From: an uncultured Spirochaetales bacterium
GTDB taxonomy: Bacteria; Spirochaetota; Spirochaetia; SPDA01; CAZJBZ01
Reading direction: 5' to 3'
NCBI GenBank assembly: GCA_964594055.1
Contig: CAZQKT010000001.1
Coordinates: 11,577 to 75,576 of the forward strand
DNA: 64,000 nucleotides
How positions within the stretch are numbered: the first letter of the stretch is position 1; the number at the start of each line of letters is the position of its first letter. Below the pieces are notes generated by a model. The model ran no database searches and had not been told where the DNA came from. It was given only the letters and a program-made list of their open reading frames with translations. Below are positions 1 through 9,788 of the stretch, one piece after another. The position numbers and the translations under genes were made by a program.

Positions 1-543
1 ATAAACGGAGAGAATATCGTCCGCAGTCAGATAATAAGCCTTATCGTAACCCTGGTCACGATTTTAATTGTACTTTCTATTATGTTCCGTTCTCCCCTTG
101 TCGGCGGACTTGTCGCGACCCCGGTGATAATTGCCGTGCTGTTTAATTTCGCCGTTATGTGGCTTACCGACATCAGTCTCAACCCTGCTACGGCAATCAT
201 TGCCTCCGTCGGATTGGGCGTCGGGGTTGATTACGCCATACACTACTTTCACCGGTTTCGGTCTCATTATCTGCGTTCGGGAAAATATCAGCAGTCGATC
301 GTGAGTGCGGTCGTAGAAAGTGCTAAGGGTATTCTTTCCAATGCGGTTGCCGTTGGTATCGGTTTTTTAGTGCTTCTTTTTTCCGCCTATCGGATTATCA
401 TGGACATGGGGTGGATCATCGCCCTCTCCATGATCACGACCGCCTTACTCTCTCTTACCGTGCTGCCCGTGCTGATAGGTTTCGGCGGTGTAAAAGTGCC
501 TCAGAAAATACTATTTTTTAAATCAGAGGGAGAAAAACGATAA
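1..543 (+). CDS. C-terminal fragment of an MMPL/RND-superfamily membrane transporter (5' end outside window)
   Basis: Frame 1 is open from nt 1 with no stop until 543. Translation is strongly hydrophobic multi-TM (LVATPVIIAVLFNFAVMWLTD...GVGVDYAIHYF), typical of the last TM bundle of MMPL/RND exporters. Confidence 0.45.
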   Translation: MNGENIVRSQIISLIVTLVTILIVLSIMFRSPLVGGLVATPVIIAVLFNFAVMWLTDISLNPATAIIASVGLGVGVDYAIHYFHRFRSHYLRSGKYQQSIVSAVVESAKGILSNAVAVGIGFLVLLFSAYRIIMDMGWIIALSMITTALLSLTVLPVLIGFGGVKVPQKILFFKSEGEKR

Positions 544-574
544 TTATGGTCGCCTCCACGCGGGGGCGATCACC

Positions 575-1546
575 CTACCCCTGATACCAAAACCCTTTCC
601 TCCAGAGGTGGCCGTGCAGCTTCTCGATAAGCCCTTCATCGAGTGGAGGAAGATCAGATACGGCGGTATTAGCCGTTGCCTGTTCGATGTTTCTCATGCC
701 CGCAATGACTGTAGAGACTGCCGGATGGGAGAGGGCAAACTTTAGAGCAATCTGATACATCTCTAATCCGCTGTCCTTTACCTCTTCTTTTAATTTCTCT
801 ACCCGTTTTACCGTCCGCGAAAGCCTGTCGCCCGAAAAATAGCGGGTCCTGAAGTCGGAGTCGGGAAATGTCGTATCTTTTGAGAATTTCCCGGTAAGAG
901 ACCCTTCATCGAGAGCGACCCGGACGATGATACCCACATTGTGCTTTAGGGCTGCGGGGAGCAGTTCTGCAGCCGGTTCCTGTTCGAAGATGTTGTAGAT
1001 CACCTGGACCGTATCAACATAGCCGCCCCTGATCAGACCAATAACCCCGTTTTGGTCGTGTTCAGGAGTAGAGACGCCCACATATTTGATTTTACCTTCA
1101 TTTTGCAGTTTTTTAAGAATATCAAATACTTTTGGTTTGTTGTTCCAGGCCCGCGTCCATGTGTGCAGCTGCAGTAAATCGATGCAGTCAATATCGAGAT
1201 TGCGCAGACTTGTTTCTACCTGTTCCCGAACCCACTTCTCATTGTACCGTTCGTCGATATCACAGTACGGTGTCGGCGGCCAGGGCAGGGGAGTGGGCGG
1301 GGTTTTCGTTGCGACATAGACCCGTTTATCGGTTTCCTTTAAAAACTTCCCAATAACTTGCTCGCTTCTCCCGCCCCCGTAGCGGACTGCTGTGTCGATA
1401 AAATTGACCCCGCGCTCGACCGCTTTATGGAGTGCTTCGAGGGAATCGCTGTCCCGCTGGTCTCCCCACTGTCCGCCAAGGGCCCAAGCGCCGAAACTGA
1501 TTTCGCCGAGATCCCATCCGGTTTTTCCAAGTTTTCTGTATTGCAT
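575..1546 (-). CDS. Aldo/keto reductase family oxidoreductase
   Basis: 323 aa. The N-terminus MQYRKLGKTGWDLGEISFGAWALGG..GVNFIDTAVRYGGGRSEQVIGK is the classic AKR start; C-terminal AKR motifs are present. Confidence 0.8.
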   Translation of the reverse strand: MQYRKLGKTGWDLGEISFGAWALGGQWGDQRDSDSLEALHKAVERGVNFIDTAVRYGGGRSEQVIGKFLKETDKRVYVATKTPPTPLPWPPTPYCDIDERYNEKWVREQVETSLRNLDIDCIDLLQLHTWTRAWNNKPKVFDILKKLQNEGKIKYVGVSTPEHDQNGVIGLIRGGYVDTVQVIYNIFEQEPAAELLPAALKHNVGIIVRVALDEGSLTGKFSKDTTFPDSDFRTRYFSGDRLSRTVKRVEKLKEEVKDSGLEMYQIALKFALSHPAVSTVIAGMRNIEQATANTAVSDLPPLDEGLIEKLHGHLWRKGFWYQG

Positions 1547-1592
1547 AGTACGCTCCTTTAAAAAGTCAACCGTAAGTTTACCGAAGCTCCGG

Positions 1593-2348
1593 CTACTCCT
1601 TCGGTTGTGTTCCGAATATATAATCCCAAAAGGGAGAACTCACCCCGAACCGCATGTTCGGGGTCTTTGCGTGATGCTGCATGTGGTGCTTCCGCACTAA
1701 AAGAAGATACCCGTTTTTTAACTGAAAGTGATGCATCGAATAGTGCAGCATATCGTACACTATATAGCCGGCTGTAAAACCGGCGAAGGTAGGCGCTACC
1801 CACCTGTAGCCGGCGAACAGTACTCCAATAACAAAGAGAAACAGCAGATAAAAGATTATTGCCAACGGAATACTTACTGCCGGGGGCATGACCAGCCGGG
1901 TCTTCGACATGGGTTGGGTATGATGTACACCGTGGAAGAGAAACGATATTCTCTCCTGTGCCGGATTGCGGGGGGTAAAATGAAATACAAACCGATGAAG
2001 CAGATACTCTGTCAACGTCCAGATAACGAAACCGAGGACAAACCCCGCCGGTATCTGATACACTGTTCCTCCGTTAAAAACGAAGGAGCGTGCCAGAAAA
2101 AAACTGAGTACCGGAACATAGATAATCAGGACAACAATCGGATTGATGTGCGAAAAAAACTCGAGAAAATCGGATTTAAAAAGCCGGATCGGCTCCTTGC
2201 CGTTGTTGATTTCCATAAACCTTATCTCCTTACTAAGGTAGGATGACATAAACGCCCATGATGTGCAAGAGTAGTTTCGGTTCTTCCACCGTTGTTTCTT
2301 GACTACGATTGGTAAGAACAGGCAGTATAGGGGGATGCCTGATAACAA
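1593..2348 (-). CDS. Fatty acid hydroxylase / sterol desaturase superfamily membrane protein
   Basis: 251 aa, multi-TM, with four histidine boxes (HRFVFH, HGVHH, HYSMHHF, HHMQHH) characteristic of di-iron membrane hydroxylases/desaturases. Confidence 0.7.
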   Translation of the reverse strand: MLSGIPLYCLFLPIVVKKQRWKNRNYSCTSWAFMSSYLSKEIRFMEINNGKEPIRLFKSDFLEFFSHINPIVVLIIYVPVLSFFLARSFVFNGGTVYQIPAGFVLGFVIWTLTEYLLHRFVFHFTPRNPAQERISFLFHGVHHTQPMSKTRLVMPPAVSIPLAIIFYLLFLFVIGVLFAGYRWVAPTFAGFTAGYIVYDMLHYSMHHFQLKNGYLLLVRKHHMQHHAKTPNMRFGVSSPFWDYIFGTQPKE

Positions 2349-2352
2349 GATA

Positions 2353-3294
2353 CTACCGGCCCTCGAAGCGTATCTCGGTTTTTTTCCCGGCCACGTTCCA
2401 GAAAGCTGAAACTAACGGTGAAGACAGTCTCCTTCTCTGGGTAACCAAACCGACCGAATACGGCGTTAGCGCAGGCTCTACCGAGAGGACCCTGATATCC
2501 GTTTTGATCGGACTTTTCTCGAGCACGAGACCGGGGACAATACCCACTCCGCAACCGACTCTGACCATAGCGAGGATCGCCTCATTGCCCGAGACCTGGG
2601 CGTAGATAAGCGGTTTTATTCCCTGCTCTCTAAACCACGTTTCTACCCGTCTGCGGGCGAGCCCCCGTTCCGCGAGAATCATGGGGACCTGTTCCCACGG
2701 TATACGGGGCGCCTCGGTGAGTTTCCCGACTTCACATGGAATAGCAGGAGAGATAAAGAGCAGCGGAGTATCGGTGAGAGGGAGAAAATCGAGATGCCTC
2801 GGAAGGCGGTCAGGTTTTGCCGCTATAACGATGTCGATCTCATTGTTGATTATTCTGGGTACCGCACTTGCGGCATCGCCGGTTTGCAGCTTGATATGTA
2901 TTCCGGGGTGTGCTTTTCTGAACTCCTGCATGAGGGCAGGCAAAATACTGTAACAGGCGGTTACCGAACAGTACAGACTCAGCTCTCCGGTAAGGGTCTC
3001 CCCCTCGATCCTTAAGTTCTCTTTTAGCTCGTCCCATCCGTCTAGTACTTCAATTGCGTAGTCACGAAACAACGTCCCCGCCTTGGTAAGCACCACCGAT
3101 CGGTTATCACGGAAAAACAGCGGTTCTCCTACTTCCTCTTCGAGACGTTGAATGGCACGGCTCAAGGCGGAGGGGCTGATATTGCACTTCCGGCTGGTAC
3201 GTCCGAAATGAAGCGAGTCGGCGAGTTCTAGAAAAAGATGAAGGTGGTGCTGGTCCATTGCGATTTTTGCAATATTGTATCGCAAATAAAACAC
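2353..3294 (-). CDS. ilvY: LysR-family transcriptional regulator, IlvY-like (divergent from ilvC)
   Basis: 313 aa. N-terminal wHTH (LHLFLELADSLHFGRTSRKCNISPSALSRAIQRLEEEVG) plus a LysR substrate-binding domain. It is divergently transcribed from ketol-acid reductoisomerase as in the enterobacterial ilvY-ilvC arrangement; the symbol is assigned by synteny only. Confidence 0.7.
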   Translation of the reverse strand: MFYLRYNIAKIAMDQHHLHLFLELADSLHFGRTSRKCNISPSALSRAIQRLEEEVGEPLFFRDNRSVVLTKAGTLFRDYAIEVLDGWDELKENLRIEGETLTGELSLYCSVTACYSILPALMQEFRKAHPGIHIKLQTGDAASAVPRIINNEIDIVIAAKPDRLPRHLDFLPLTDTPLLFISPAIPCEVGKLTEAPRIPWEQVPMILAERGLARRRVETWFREQGIKPLIYAQVSGNEAILAMVRVGCGVGIVPGLVLEKSPIKTDIRVLSVEPALTPYSVGLVTQRRRLSSPLVSAFWNVAGKKTEIRFEGR

Positions 3295-3341
3295 TTTATA
3301 AACTACCTGCTTTCTGGTATATATAGAGAAAGGAGTTTGTT

Positions 3342-4397
3342 ATGGCAAAAATAGATTTTGGCGGCGTAGTAGAAGAAGTTATCACACGGGACGAGTTTAC
3401 CTTAGAAAAGGCCCGGGAAGTGTTGAAGGATGAAGTGATCGTTGTAATCGGCTACGGGGTCCAGGGGCCGGCCCAGGCGCTCAATATGAAAGATAACGGG
3501 TTCAATGTAGTCATCGGACAATCGAAAGAGTTTAAACGTGATTATGAACGGGCCTTGAACGACGGCTGGGTCCCCGGAGAGACCCTGTTTCCCATCGAAG
3601 AGGCTGTGGAACGAGGGACTATCATTCAGTACCTCATCTCCGATGCGGGACAGCGTACGGTATGGCCCAAGCTGAAGCCGCACCTCAAAGAAGGTGACGC
3701 GCTCTATTTCTCGCACGGATTTTCGATCGTGTATAAAGACCGGACCGGGGTAATCCCTCCGGAAAACGTCGATGTCATTCTTGTCGCACCGAAAGGCTCC
3801 GGTGCGAGTGTAAGGAAGAATTTCTTGAGCGGAAGCGGCATCAATTCCAGCTATGCCGTGCACCAGGATTATACCGGCAACGCAAAGGAGAGGACCTTGG
3901 CCGTGGGTATCGCGATCGGTTCCGGGTACCTTTTTCCGACTACCTTCGAAAAGGAGGTGTATAGCGACCTGACCGGAGAACGGGGTGTTTTGATGGGCGC
4001 ATTAGCAGGCGTGATGGAATCGCAGTACAACGTACTGAGAAAAAAAGGCCATTCTCCGAGTGAAGCTTTCAACGAAACTGTTGAAGAGCTGACACAGAGC
4101 CTTATACGGCTCGTAGGAGAGAACGGAATGGATTGGATGTACTCCAACTGCAGTGCAACTGCACAGCGCGGCGCCCTCGATTGGCGGCATAAGTTCCGTG
4201 AAGCTGTCGATCCGGTATTTGAAAAACTGTATCAGAGTGTAAAAGAAGGCACTGAGACCCAGCGGGTCATCGACAGTTTGAGCTCTGCGGATTATCAAGA
4301 CATATTAGGAGCGGAACTCAAGGAGATGCGCGAGTCTGAAATGTGGCAGGCAGGTGCAGCAGTTCGTTCCCTGCGGCCCGAAAATTGGAAGAAATAG
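3342..4397 (+). CDS. ilvC: Ketol-acid reductoisomerase
   Basis: 351 aa. N-terminal Rossmann segment (VIGYGVQGPAQALNMKDNGFNVVIG) and a C-terminal KARI knotted domain (ENGMDWMYSNCSATAQRGALDW). RBS aaggag precedes the ATG. Confidence 0.85.
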   Translation: MAKIDFGGVVEEVITRDEFTLEKAREVLKDEVIVVIGYGVQGPAQALNMKDNGFNVVIGQSKEFKRDYERALNDGWVPGETLFPIEEAVERGTIIQYLISDAGQRTVWPKLKPHLKEGDALYFSHGFSIVYKDRTGVIPPENVDVILVAPKGSGASVRKNFLSGSGINSSYAVHQDYTGNAKERTLAVGIAIGSGYLFPTTFEKEVYSDLTGERGVLMGALAGVMESQYNVLRKKGHSPSEAFNETVEELTQSLIRLVGENGMDWMYSNCSATAQRGALDWRHKFREAVDPVFEKLYQSVKEGTETQRVIDSLSSADYQDILGAELKEMRESEMWQAGAAVRSLRPENWKK

Positions 4398-4406
4398 ACT
4401 CAGTCA

Positions 4407-5033
4407 TTAGTCTTCAAAAAACAGGGTGAACTCGGTATATGCTGAGTTCACCTTTATTTCTTTTGTATTGCACACCAGGTGATATCTGATATCGTCAAAA
4501 ACAAGATCAAACCTGATCCTGTTGTCTGTATACCGGTGGAGACGATCAATTGTAATTTTCTTAGAAGCGAGCGGCTCCATCAGGACGGAGGCGATAACAT
4601 CGATATAATCATTCTTGTCCATGGTATCGATGGGCAAAGTAAAAAGTTCATTCATTAATACTTCTTCGATTTTGTTCACTGTCTCCTTCGGTACATCCCC
4701 GAAGAGCAGTCTCCTGTGTATATCATCTCCATAGAGAAAACAGACCCGGTTATTTTTATCCCCTGTATCAACCTGCAGCTTAAACCGCCAGGAAAAAGGC
4801 CCCCAGTTGCTAATTTGATAGTTGGAATAGGTAATTTTACCGTCTATACTGCTGTTTATTCCGTCAATCAGCTTCTGCCGGTACGGTTCCTTTTGACTAT
4901 TAAGCGGTATTCGGGTGGGTATAATAAGATATGACCATGGATTGGTCCGCACTTCACTTAAGAGTGCGAGATATTCCCCGATTGTTGCTCCTACTTCAAA
5001 CCACAGTTCGTCTTGATGGATGTTATACTCCAC
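4407..5033 (-). CDS. Hypothetical cytoplasmic protein (orphan, AT-rich gene)
   Basis: 208 aa ORF with no recognisable motifs, no signal peptide and no TM. Local GC looks markedly lower (~35-38% in sampled 60-nt lines) than flanking genes. Confidence 0.35.
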   Translation of the reverse strand: MEYNIHQDELWFEVGATIGEYLALLSEVRTNPWSYLIIPTRIPLNSQKEPYRQKLIDGINSSIDGKITYSNYQISNWGPFSWRFKLQVDTGDKNNRVCFLYGDDIHRRLLFGDVPKETVNKIEEVLMNELFTLPIDTMDKNDYIDVIASVLMEPLASKKITIDRLHRYTDNRIRFDLVFDDIRYHLVCNTKEIKVNSAYTEFTLFFED

Positions 5034-5142
5034 AATGCTCCTCCTTGTGCCGGCTCCCGTTTAGTTTTATAACTCCGTAACAGTCTACTCCCAAAAGCTT
5101 CTCTGATGCAACCGAATTGCGCTTGTGCTATACTGACGGTCC

Positions 5143-6486
5143 ATGGACCGATCAACTCCATCGTTTCTCACCTCGATGCCGGTCAACCGGCTGCTCTTTC
5201 GCCTCGCCTTTCCGTCCGTACTCACTACCCTGACGACGGTTGTCTACAGTCTTACCGACACCTTTTTTATCGGAAAACTCGGGACAGTAGCGTTGGGTGC
5301 CCTTACCGTCTCTTTTCCAATATTTGCTCTTATCGGCAGTGTTGGTCTGGTGTTCGGAATCGGAGGAGCTTCCGTCATTTCGAGATTTTTAGGAGCAGGA
5401 GAAAACGATAAGGCCGATACTGCCGGATTTCTCGTCGTATCAGGAGTAGTTGTTTTAGGCATTATAGTAACCGGCTTCTCCTTTGCATTTCTTCGAAAGC
5501 TCCTTTTCGTTTTCGGCTCGACCGAGACAATTCTGCCCTACGCATACAGGTATGCACGAGTCTTGGTATTCGGTTCTTTTCTCACCATTATCAATATGTC
5601 CTTAAGTTATACCATACGGGCTGAAGGGAATGTCACCTTCACAATGGTTGCCATGGTAACGGGGACGATTGCCAATATCCTCCTCGACCCTCTCTTTATC
5701 TTTGTGTTCGGTTTGGGCATCGAAGGTGCTGGAATCGCCACAGTTGCCGCGCAGTTTATTACCGGTTGTTTCTATCTTTTCTACTACAGAAGCCGGCGGG
5801 CTGCAGTACGAATACGGTTTCACCGGGGAGCCGGAGTAACAAGGATCGCAGCAGAGATTGTAAAAATCGGCATTCCCAGCCTCATCAATCAGGGACTTCT
5901 AAGCATTGTCATTGCAGTTCTCAATACAATAGCCGGACAATACGGAGATGCAGCACTCGGTGCTGTCGGAATCGTTATGCGGGTGTTCTTTTTCGCGGTG
6001 TATCTTATCTTCGGGTTTTGCAGGGGGCTCCAGCCGATCGTTGGATTCAACTACGGGGCCGGGGACCTAAAACGGGTAACCGATGCCGTAAAAGCTGCAG
6101 CAGTCCGGTTGACTATTTTTTCACTGCTGTTCGGGACCGTTCTCATTCTGCTGCCCGCCCGTATAGTGATGCTTTTCAGCAGCAGTGCTGAAGTTGTCAC
6201 TCTCGGGACAAAATTACTTCGGGCGGTAGGGATCCTGTTTCCTTTCTTCGGGTTCGAAGCGGTGATGATCACTCTGCATCAAGCCGTCGGGGCGGCTATT
6301 CCCGCGGCGCTGCTTGCGCTGGCCCGGCAGGGTGTTTTACTCGTGCCGGTCGTATTGGTTCTCTATCCTTTTTTCGGATTCGACGGGCTTATCTACAGTT
6401 TCCCCGTGAATGATCTTTTGGTGCTGCTTATAACCGGGTTCTTTGCTCTCCGATTACAAAAACTACTGAAGGGAAGCAGAGAATGA
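5143..6486 (+). CDS. MATE family multidrug/oligosaccharide efflux transporter
   Basis: 447 aa with about 12 TM segments. The N-terminal LLFRLAFPSVLTTL..LTDTFFIGKLG matches the MATE motif (LxxLAxPxxL). The start may lie at the internal Met (~5176). Confidence 0.7.
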   Translation: MDRSTPSFLTSMPVNRLLFRLAFPSVLTTLTTVVYSLTDTFFIGKLGTVALGALTVSFPIFALIGSVGLVFGIGGASVISRFLGAGENDKADTAGFLVVSGVVVLGIIVTGFSFAFLRKLLFVFGSTETILPYAYRYARVLVFGSFLTIINMSLSYTIRAEGNVTFTMVAMVTGTIANILLDPLFIFVFGLGIEGAGIATVAAQFITGCFYLFYYRSRRAAVRIRFHRGAGVTRIAAEIVKIGIPSLINQGLLSIVIAVLNTIAGQYGDAALGAVGIVMRVFFFAVYLIFGFCRGLQPIVGFNYGAGDLKRVTDAVKAAAVRLTIFSLLFGTVLILLPARIVMLFSSSAEVVTLGTKLLRAVGILFPFFGFEAVMITLHQAVGAAIPAALLALARQGVLLVPVVLVLYPFFGFDGLIYSFPVNDLLVLLITGFFALRLQKLLKGSRE

Positions 6487-6494
6487 GCGTTTTT

Positions 6495-7130
6495 TTAAAA
6501 CAAGTGTCCCATTCTGTTTTTTTTCGTAAACAGATAGAATTTATTATGATCGTTTGGTTCTATGTGTAAAGCGATACGCTCTGCAACCTTAACACCGTTT
6601 TCTCTCAGTCCGGACACCTTGAGCGGATTATTGGTAAGGAGGGAAACGGAACGGATACCGAAAAGGTTGATGATCTGTGCAGCTGCGCTGTAGTCGCGGG
6701 TATCATCGGGGAGACCGAGGGTGCGGTTTGCATCCACGGTATCATACCCTCTGTCTTGGAGATGATATGCCCGAATTTTGTTGAGAAGTCCGATACCGCG
6801 CCCTTCCTGCTTCAGGTATATGAGCAGTCCGAACGGATGTTTCTGGATGTATTTGAGAGACGCTATCAACTGATCTCTGCAGTCGCACCGCAGGGAGCCG
6901 AGCACATCTCCGGTAAAACACTGAGAATGGACCCGAACCGGACAGTGTTCTTTGCCTTCGAGTTCGCCGTGGATGAGGGTAATATATTCTTCCTCGGTTT
7001 CTTCGTGAGCAAAAGCCCGCAGTTTGAAAAAACCGAATGCGGTTGGGAGGTCGGCTGTTGATACTTCTCTAATCAGTACCGTTGTTGCGGCTGATTCCTT
7101 TTTTTGTTCCGGAATATAGTACTTTTCCAT
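6495..7130 (-). CDS. ribA: GTP cyclohydrolase II
   Basis: 211 aa. Zinc-binding CxC motif (VHSQCFTGDVLGSLRCDCRDQL) and catalytic segment (EGRGIGLLNKIRAYHLQDRGYDTVDANRTLG). Monofunctional, with no RibB domain. Confidence 0.8.
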   Translation of the reverse strand: MEKYYIPEQKKESAATTVLIREVSTADLPTAFGFFKLRAFAHEETEEEYITLIHGELEGKEHCPVRVHSQCFTGDVLGSLRCDCRDQLIASLKYIQKHPFGLLIYLKQEGRGIGLLNKIRAYHLQDRGYDTVDANRTLGLPDDTRDYSAAAQIINLFGIRSVSLLTNNPLKVSGLRENGVKVAERIALHIEPNDHNKFYLFTKKNRMGHLF

Positions 7131-7152
7131 TTTTTATTATAAAATTTACTAT

Positions 7153-7207
7153 ATTAGTCAACTTGAATTATAATAATTTGTTAGCAGTTAGTCAATTTAA
7201 TTAGAAT
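7153..7207. repeat. Two imperfect direct repeats TTAGTCAA(C/T)TT(G/-)AATTA in the ribA/methyltransferase divergent intergenic region
   Basis: tattagtcaacttgaattat ... gttagtcaatttaattag in an AT-rich 80-nt divergent promoter region. Confidence 0.4.
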
Positions 7208-7210
7208 TAT

Positions 7211-8176
7211 ATGAGAACTTATACAGGAGAACCGGCGGACAGCCCCGAAAAAAGGGATAAAGAAAAGACCGTTATTCGCTATTACGATCGGAATACGAAA
7301 CGTTTTCTCTCCCTCGGGCAGGGCGGTTCGGTCTCTGCCATTCACCGGGCGGTATGGGCGCCCGAAGTCACAAATAGAGAAGAGGGGATGCACTATGTGC
7401 ATGATCTCATAGTAAAAAACGCTCTACAGCTTCAGCCCGAGCTGGTCGTAGATTTAGGCTGTGGTATTGGAGGAAGCATGCTCTATCTCGCTTCCCGCTG
7501 CAAAGCCCGGTTTTACGGGGTAACTATCAGCAGGATACAGGCGGCCGCAGGTGCGCTTCTCATCCGGGAAAAGGAGATGGACAGGCGCGTTGTTATTGAA
7601 CAGAGAAGCTATCTCGATTCATCATTGTACAGTTTGCTGGAAAAAAAGCGGGGTAGCGGAGCTTGTCTTTTCTACGGGATCGAGTCGTTTCTCCATACTC
7701 CCTCTAGTGAGGAGTTGCTTGATCATCTCGGTGGGTTCTGTAGAGCAGGTGATGTATTGATTGTCTGCGATGATTTTTTATCGGTAGAATGGGGAGAAGG
7801 TCCGAGAGGGAAACCGAAAACCGGAGGGGAGAGGACTGTTTCTAGAAAAGCGGTCCGGATGGTCTCCCGGTTTAGAAGAAACTGGAAGGCCCACGGCTTG
7901 ATTTCCGCGAAACAATTGATTTTACTTGCCGGCAGGTACGGTTTTCAGCTCAAGGAAAACCGAAATCTTACCGGATTCCTGGAATTGGGTAGGGTCCGCG
8001 ACAAAATTATCCGTTTTGCGGTCTTTTTTTTGGTGGTCCTCCCGTTTCGTCCGTCCTGGTTGGAAAATATGATTGGAGGAGATGCGCTGCAGTATCTGCT
8101 CAAACGAGGGACTGTCGAATACCGCTATCTTGTGTTTAATAAAGCTCCTTCTCAAACCCATAGACACTCCTGCTGA
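7211..8176 (+). CDS. Class I SAM-dependent methyltransferase
   Basis: 321 aa with glycine-rich motif I (VVDLGCGIGGSMLYLA) and a downstream acidic loop (FYGVTIS) typical of the Rossmann-fold MTase. Confidence 0.6.
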   Translation: MRTYTGEPADSPEKRDKEKTVIRYYDRNTKRFLSLGQGGSVSAIHRAVWAPEVTNREEGMHYVHDLIVKNALQLQPELVVDLGCGIGGSMLYLASRCKARFYGVTISRIQAAAGALLIREKEMDRRVVIEQRSYLDSSLYSLLEKKRGSGACLFYGIESFLHTPSSEELLDHLGGFCRAGDVLIVCDDFLSVEWGEGPRGKPKTGGERTVSRKAVRMVSRFRRNWKAHGLISAKQLILLAGRYGFQLKENRNLTGFLELGRVRDKIIRFAVFFLVVLPFRPSWLENMIGGDALQYLLKRGTVEYRYLVFNKAPSQTHRHSC

Positions 8177-9788
8177 TGTCAAGAAGCATGGGAGCAAACC
8201 GGTCTAGTTTCGGATGGGGAGGTAGTTGATCGGGTTTGAGCCCCGGTGTAAACCCGTAATCGTGGAAGGGTGCTATTAGCGTTTGGTCTCTCGAGAGTAT
8301 GTGGGCAATTACCGATTTTGTAGATTCTTTCTCCCGTACCGGAAACCGGGGCTGGTGGTCGCCGATTACAATGATAAGCGATGTATCCTCGATATAGTTT
8401 GTGAAAAATGCAGTAAGGGTTTTCAATACATAGCCGACCGATGCTGTATAGCCTTCCGGATATTCCCCCCCGCTGATCCAGTTGTTGTGGAAACGGAGAT
8501 TGTCCAACGCGTAGTATTCGCTGCCGTCGGTAATACTGTCCCAATTCGGTATATATGCCGGTACAAAATTGAAAGGGGTATGGCTGCTTACAAGCATCGC
8601 CATAAGAAACAGCGGCACGGAATCGATATCTTTCTCGGCAGGGCGGTTAAGAGGTCCTAACCGCAATTTGTTGAGTTGGTACTGGTCGGGCATCTCTCCG
8701 AAACAAAACGGAGGACCCTGATAGTTGAAATCTTCGGCAAAGTAGTACTCGTCAAACGGGTAGAACCGTTTCCAATCATTTGAAGCTGCTGTCGTCCCCG
8801 GGGCGGACATGATGGTCCGATATCCTGCATCGTTGAATACGTGAATGATATTGGTAATATCTGTGGTGATTACTTTGTCATACGTCGGCTGAGAATCTAC
8901 CCAAACTCCTGTTAAAAGTGTCGCATCTGCAAGCCACGACCTTCCCCCGGTTATTGGAGAGGAGAGAAAATGGGATGCCATGGTGTACCCTTCTCGGGTT
9001 AATGACCGCTGTGCTTCATCGAAAGCCGGTTCGATAAGTTCAAAATGTTCTTTTCTCGAAAAGAGTGTGTGTCCGTACGATTCGACGATAAAAAGGTATA
9101 CATCTCTGTCCTTCAGACGCGGGAAATGGTGCGCACGTTCTTGTTCTTCTGATAACCGGTCCGGGTTAGCCGCTTGTTTCACGAGTTCTCCTTCATCAGG
9201 AATTACTACAGGAGTAGGCGGTTCGAGTTGGGCTATCATGAGTGAAGTTAGGTTCTGCGGCGCACCAAATAAAAATAAAGCAGGAATGAGGTAGACTCCG
9301 AGCAGAAGTGAATAGGGATATGATTTTTGTAGTTGTCGGGCGAATACGTTCAAGAAAAAATAAAAAAGAGCGGTAAGCAGCAAAAATATCAGAAGCGCAG
9401 CTGCAATAAGAACAAAACGGTTCCCGCCGGTATTTACTCTGAAAACCATATCGACTAAGGGAGAAATGAAAGCGATGTCCGTCCACGGGACAAAATGGCG
9501 TTCGAATGCATATTGATTGAGTGCTTCACCAAATCCGAAAACGACATATATGACGGTCAACCCGGATAAAAGCGCAAGGATGCCGGTTTGTATGCGGTGA
9601 CCAAAGAGAAGGGAGAGGCCGAGAATAATCATAATCCCGACCGATTCAACAGAAGGAGCAAGAAGAAGGTGAAAATCATACCCGGGGAACCATCGGAACA
9701 GTGTGATAACCCCGTTTAAAATAAAATAGAGGACTGTAAAAATACAAAGGGAGCGGATGATAGAAAGAGTAAACTTTTGTTCAATCAT
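8136..9788 (-). CDS. LtaS/sulfatase-like (alkaline-phosphatase superfamily) polytopic membrane protein; putative phosphoglycerol/phosphoethanolamine transferase
   Basis: 550 aa. About 5 N-terminal TM helices followed by an extracytoplasmic domain with sulfatase-family segments (SSHTPFNF, VIGDHQP). Start overlaps the upstream gene (ATGA), and it is the last gene of a minus-strand operon. Confidence 0.5.
   Translation of the reverse strand: MIEQKFTLSIIRSLCIFTVLYFILNGVITLFRWFPGYDFHLLLAPSVESVGIMIILGLSLLFGHRIQTGILALLSGLTVIYVVFGFGEALNQYAFERHFVPWTDIAFISPLVDMVFRVNTGGNRFVLIAAALLIFLLLTALFYFFLNVFARQLQKSYPYSLLLGVYLIPALFLFGAPQNLTSLMIAQLEPPTPVVIPDEGELVKQAANPDRLSEEQERAHHFPRLKDRDVYLFIVESYGHTLFSRKEHFELIEPAFDEAQRSLTREGYTMASHFLSSPITGGRSWLADATLLTGVWVDSQPTYDKVITTDITNIIHVFNDAGYRTIMSAPGTTAASNDWKRFYPFDEYYFAEDFNYQGPPFCFGEMPDQYQLNKLRLGPLNRPAEKDIDSVPLFLMAMLVSSHTPFNFVPAYIPNWDSITDGSEYYALDNLRFHNNWISGGEYPEGYTASVGYVLKTLTAFFTNYIEDTSLIIVIGDHQPRFPVREKESTKSVIAHILSRDQTLIAPFHDYGFTPGLKPDQLPPHPKLDRFAPMLLDISRSVYGFEKELY

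Noticed and set aside
3402-3863. Numerous 60-180 aa antisense/alternate-frame ORFs inside confident genes (e.g. 3402..3863, 16638..17186, 38776..39138, 51586..51951, 56962..57375)
   Set aside because: They lie entirely within strongly supported CDSs on the opposite strand or in another frame, have low-complexity or Arg/Ser-rich composition typical of shadow ORFs, and lack motifs.
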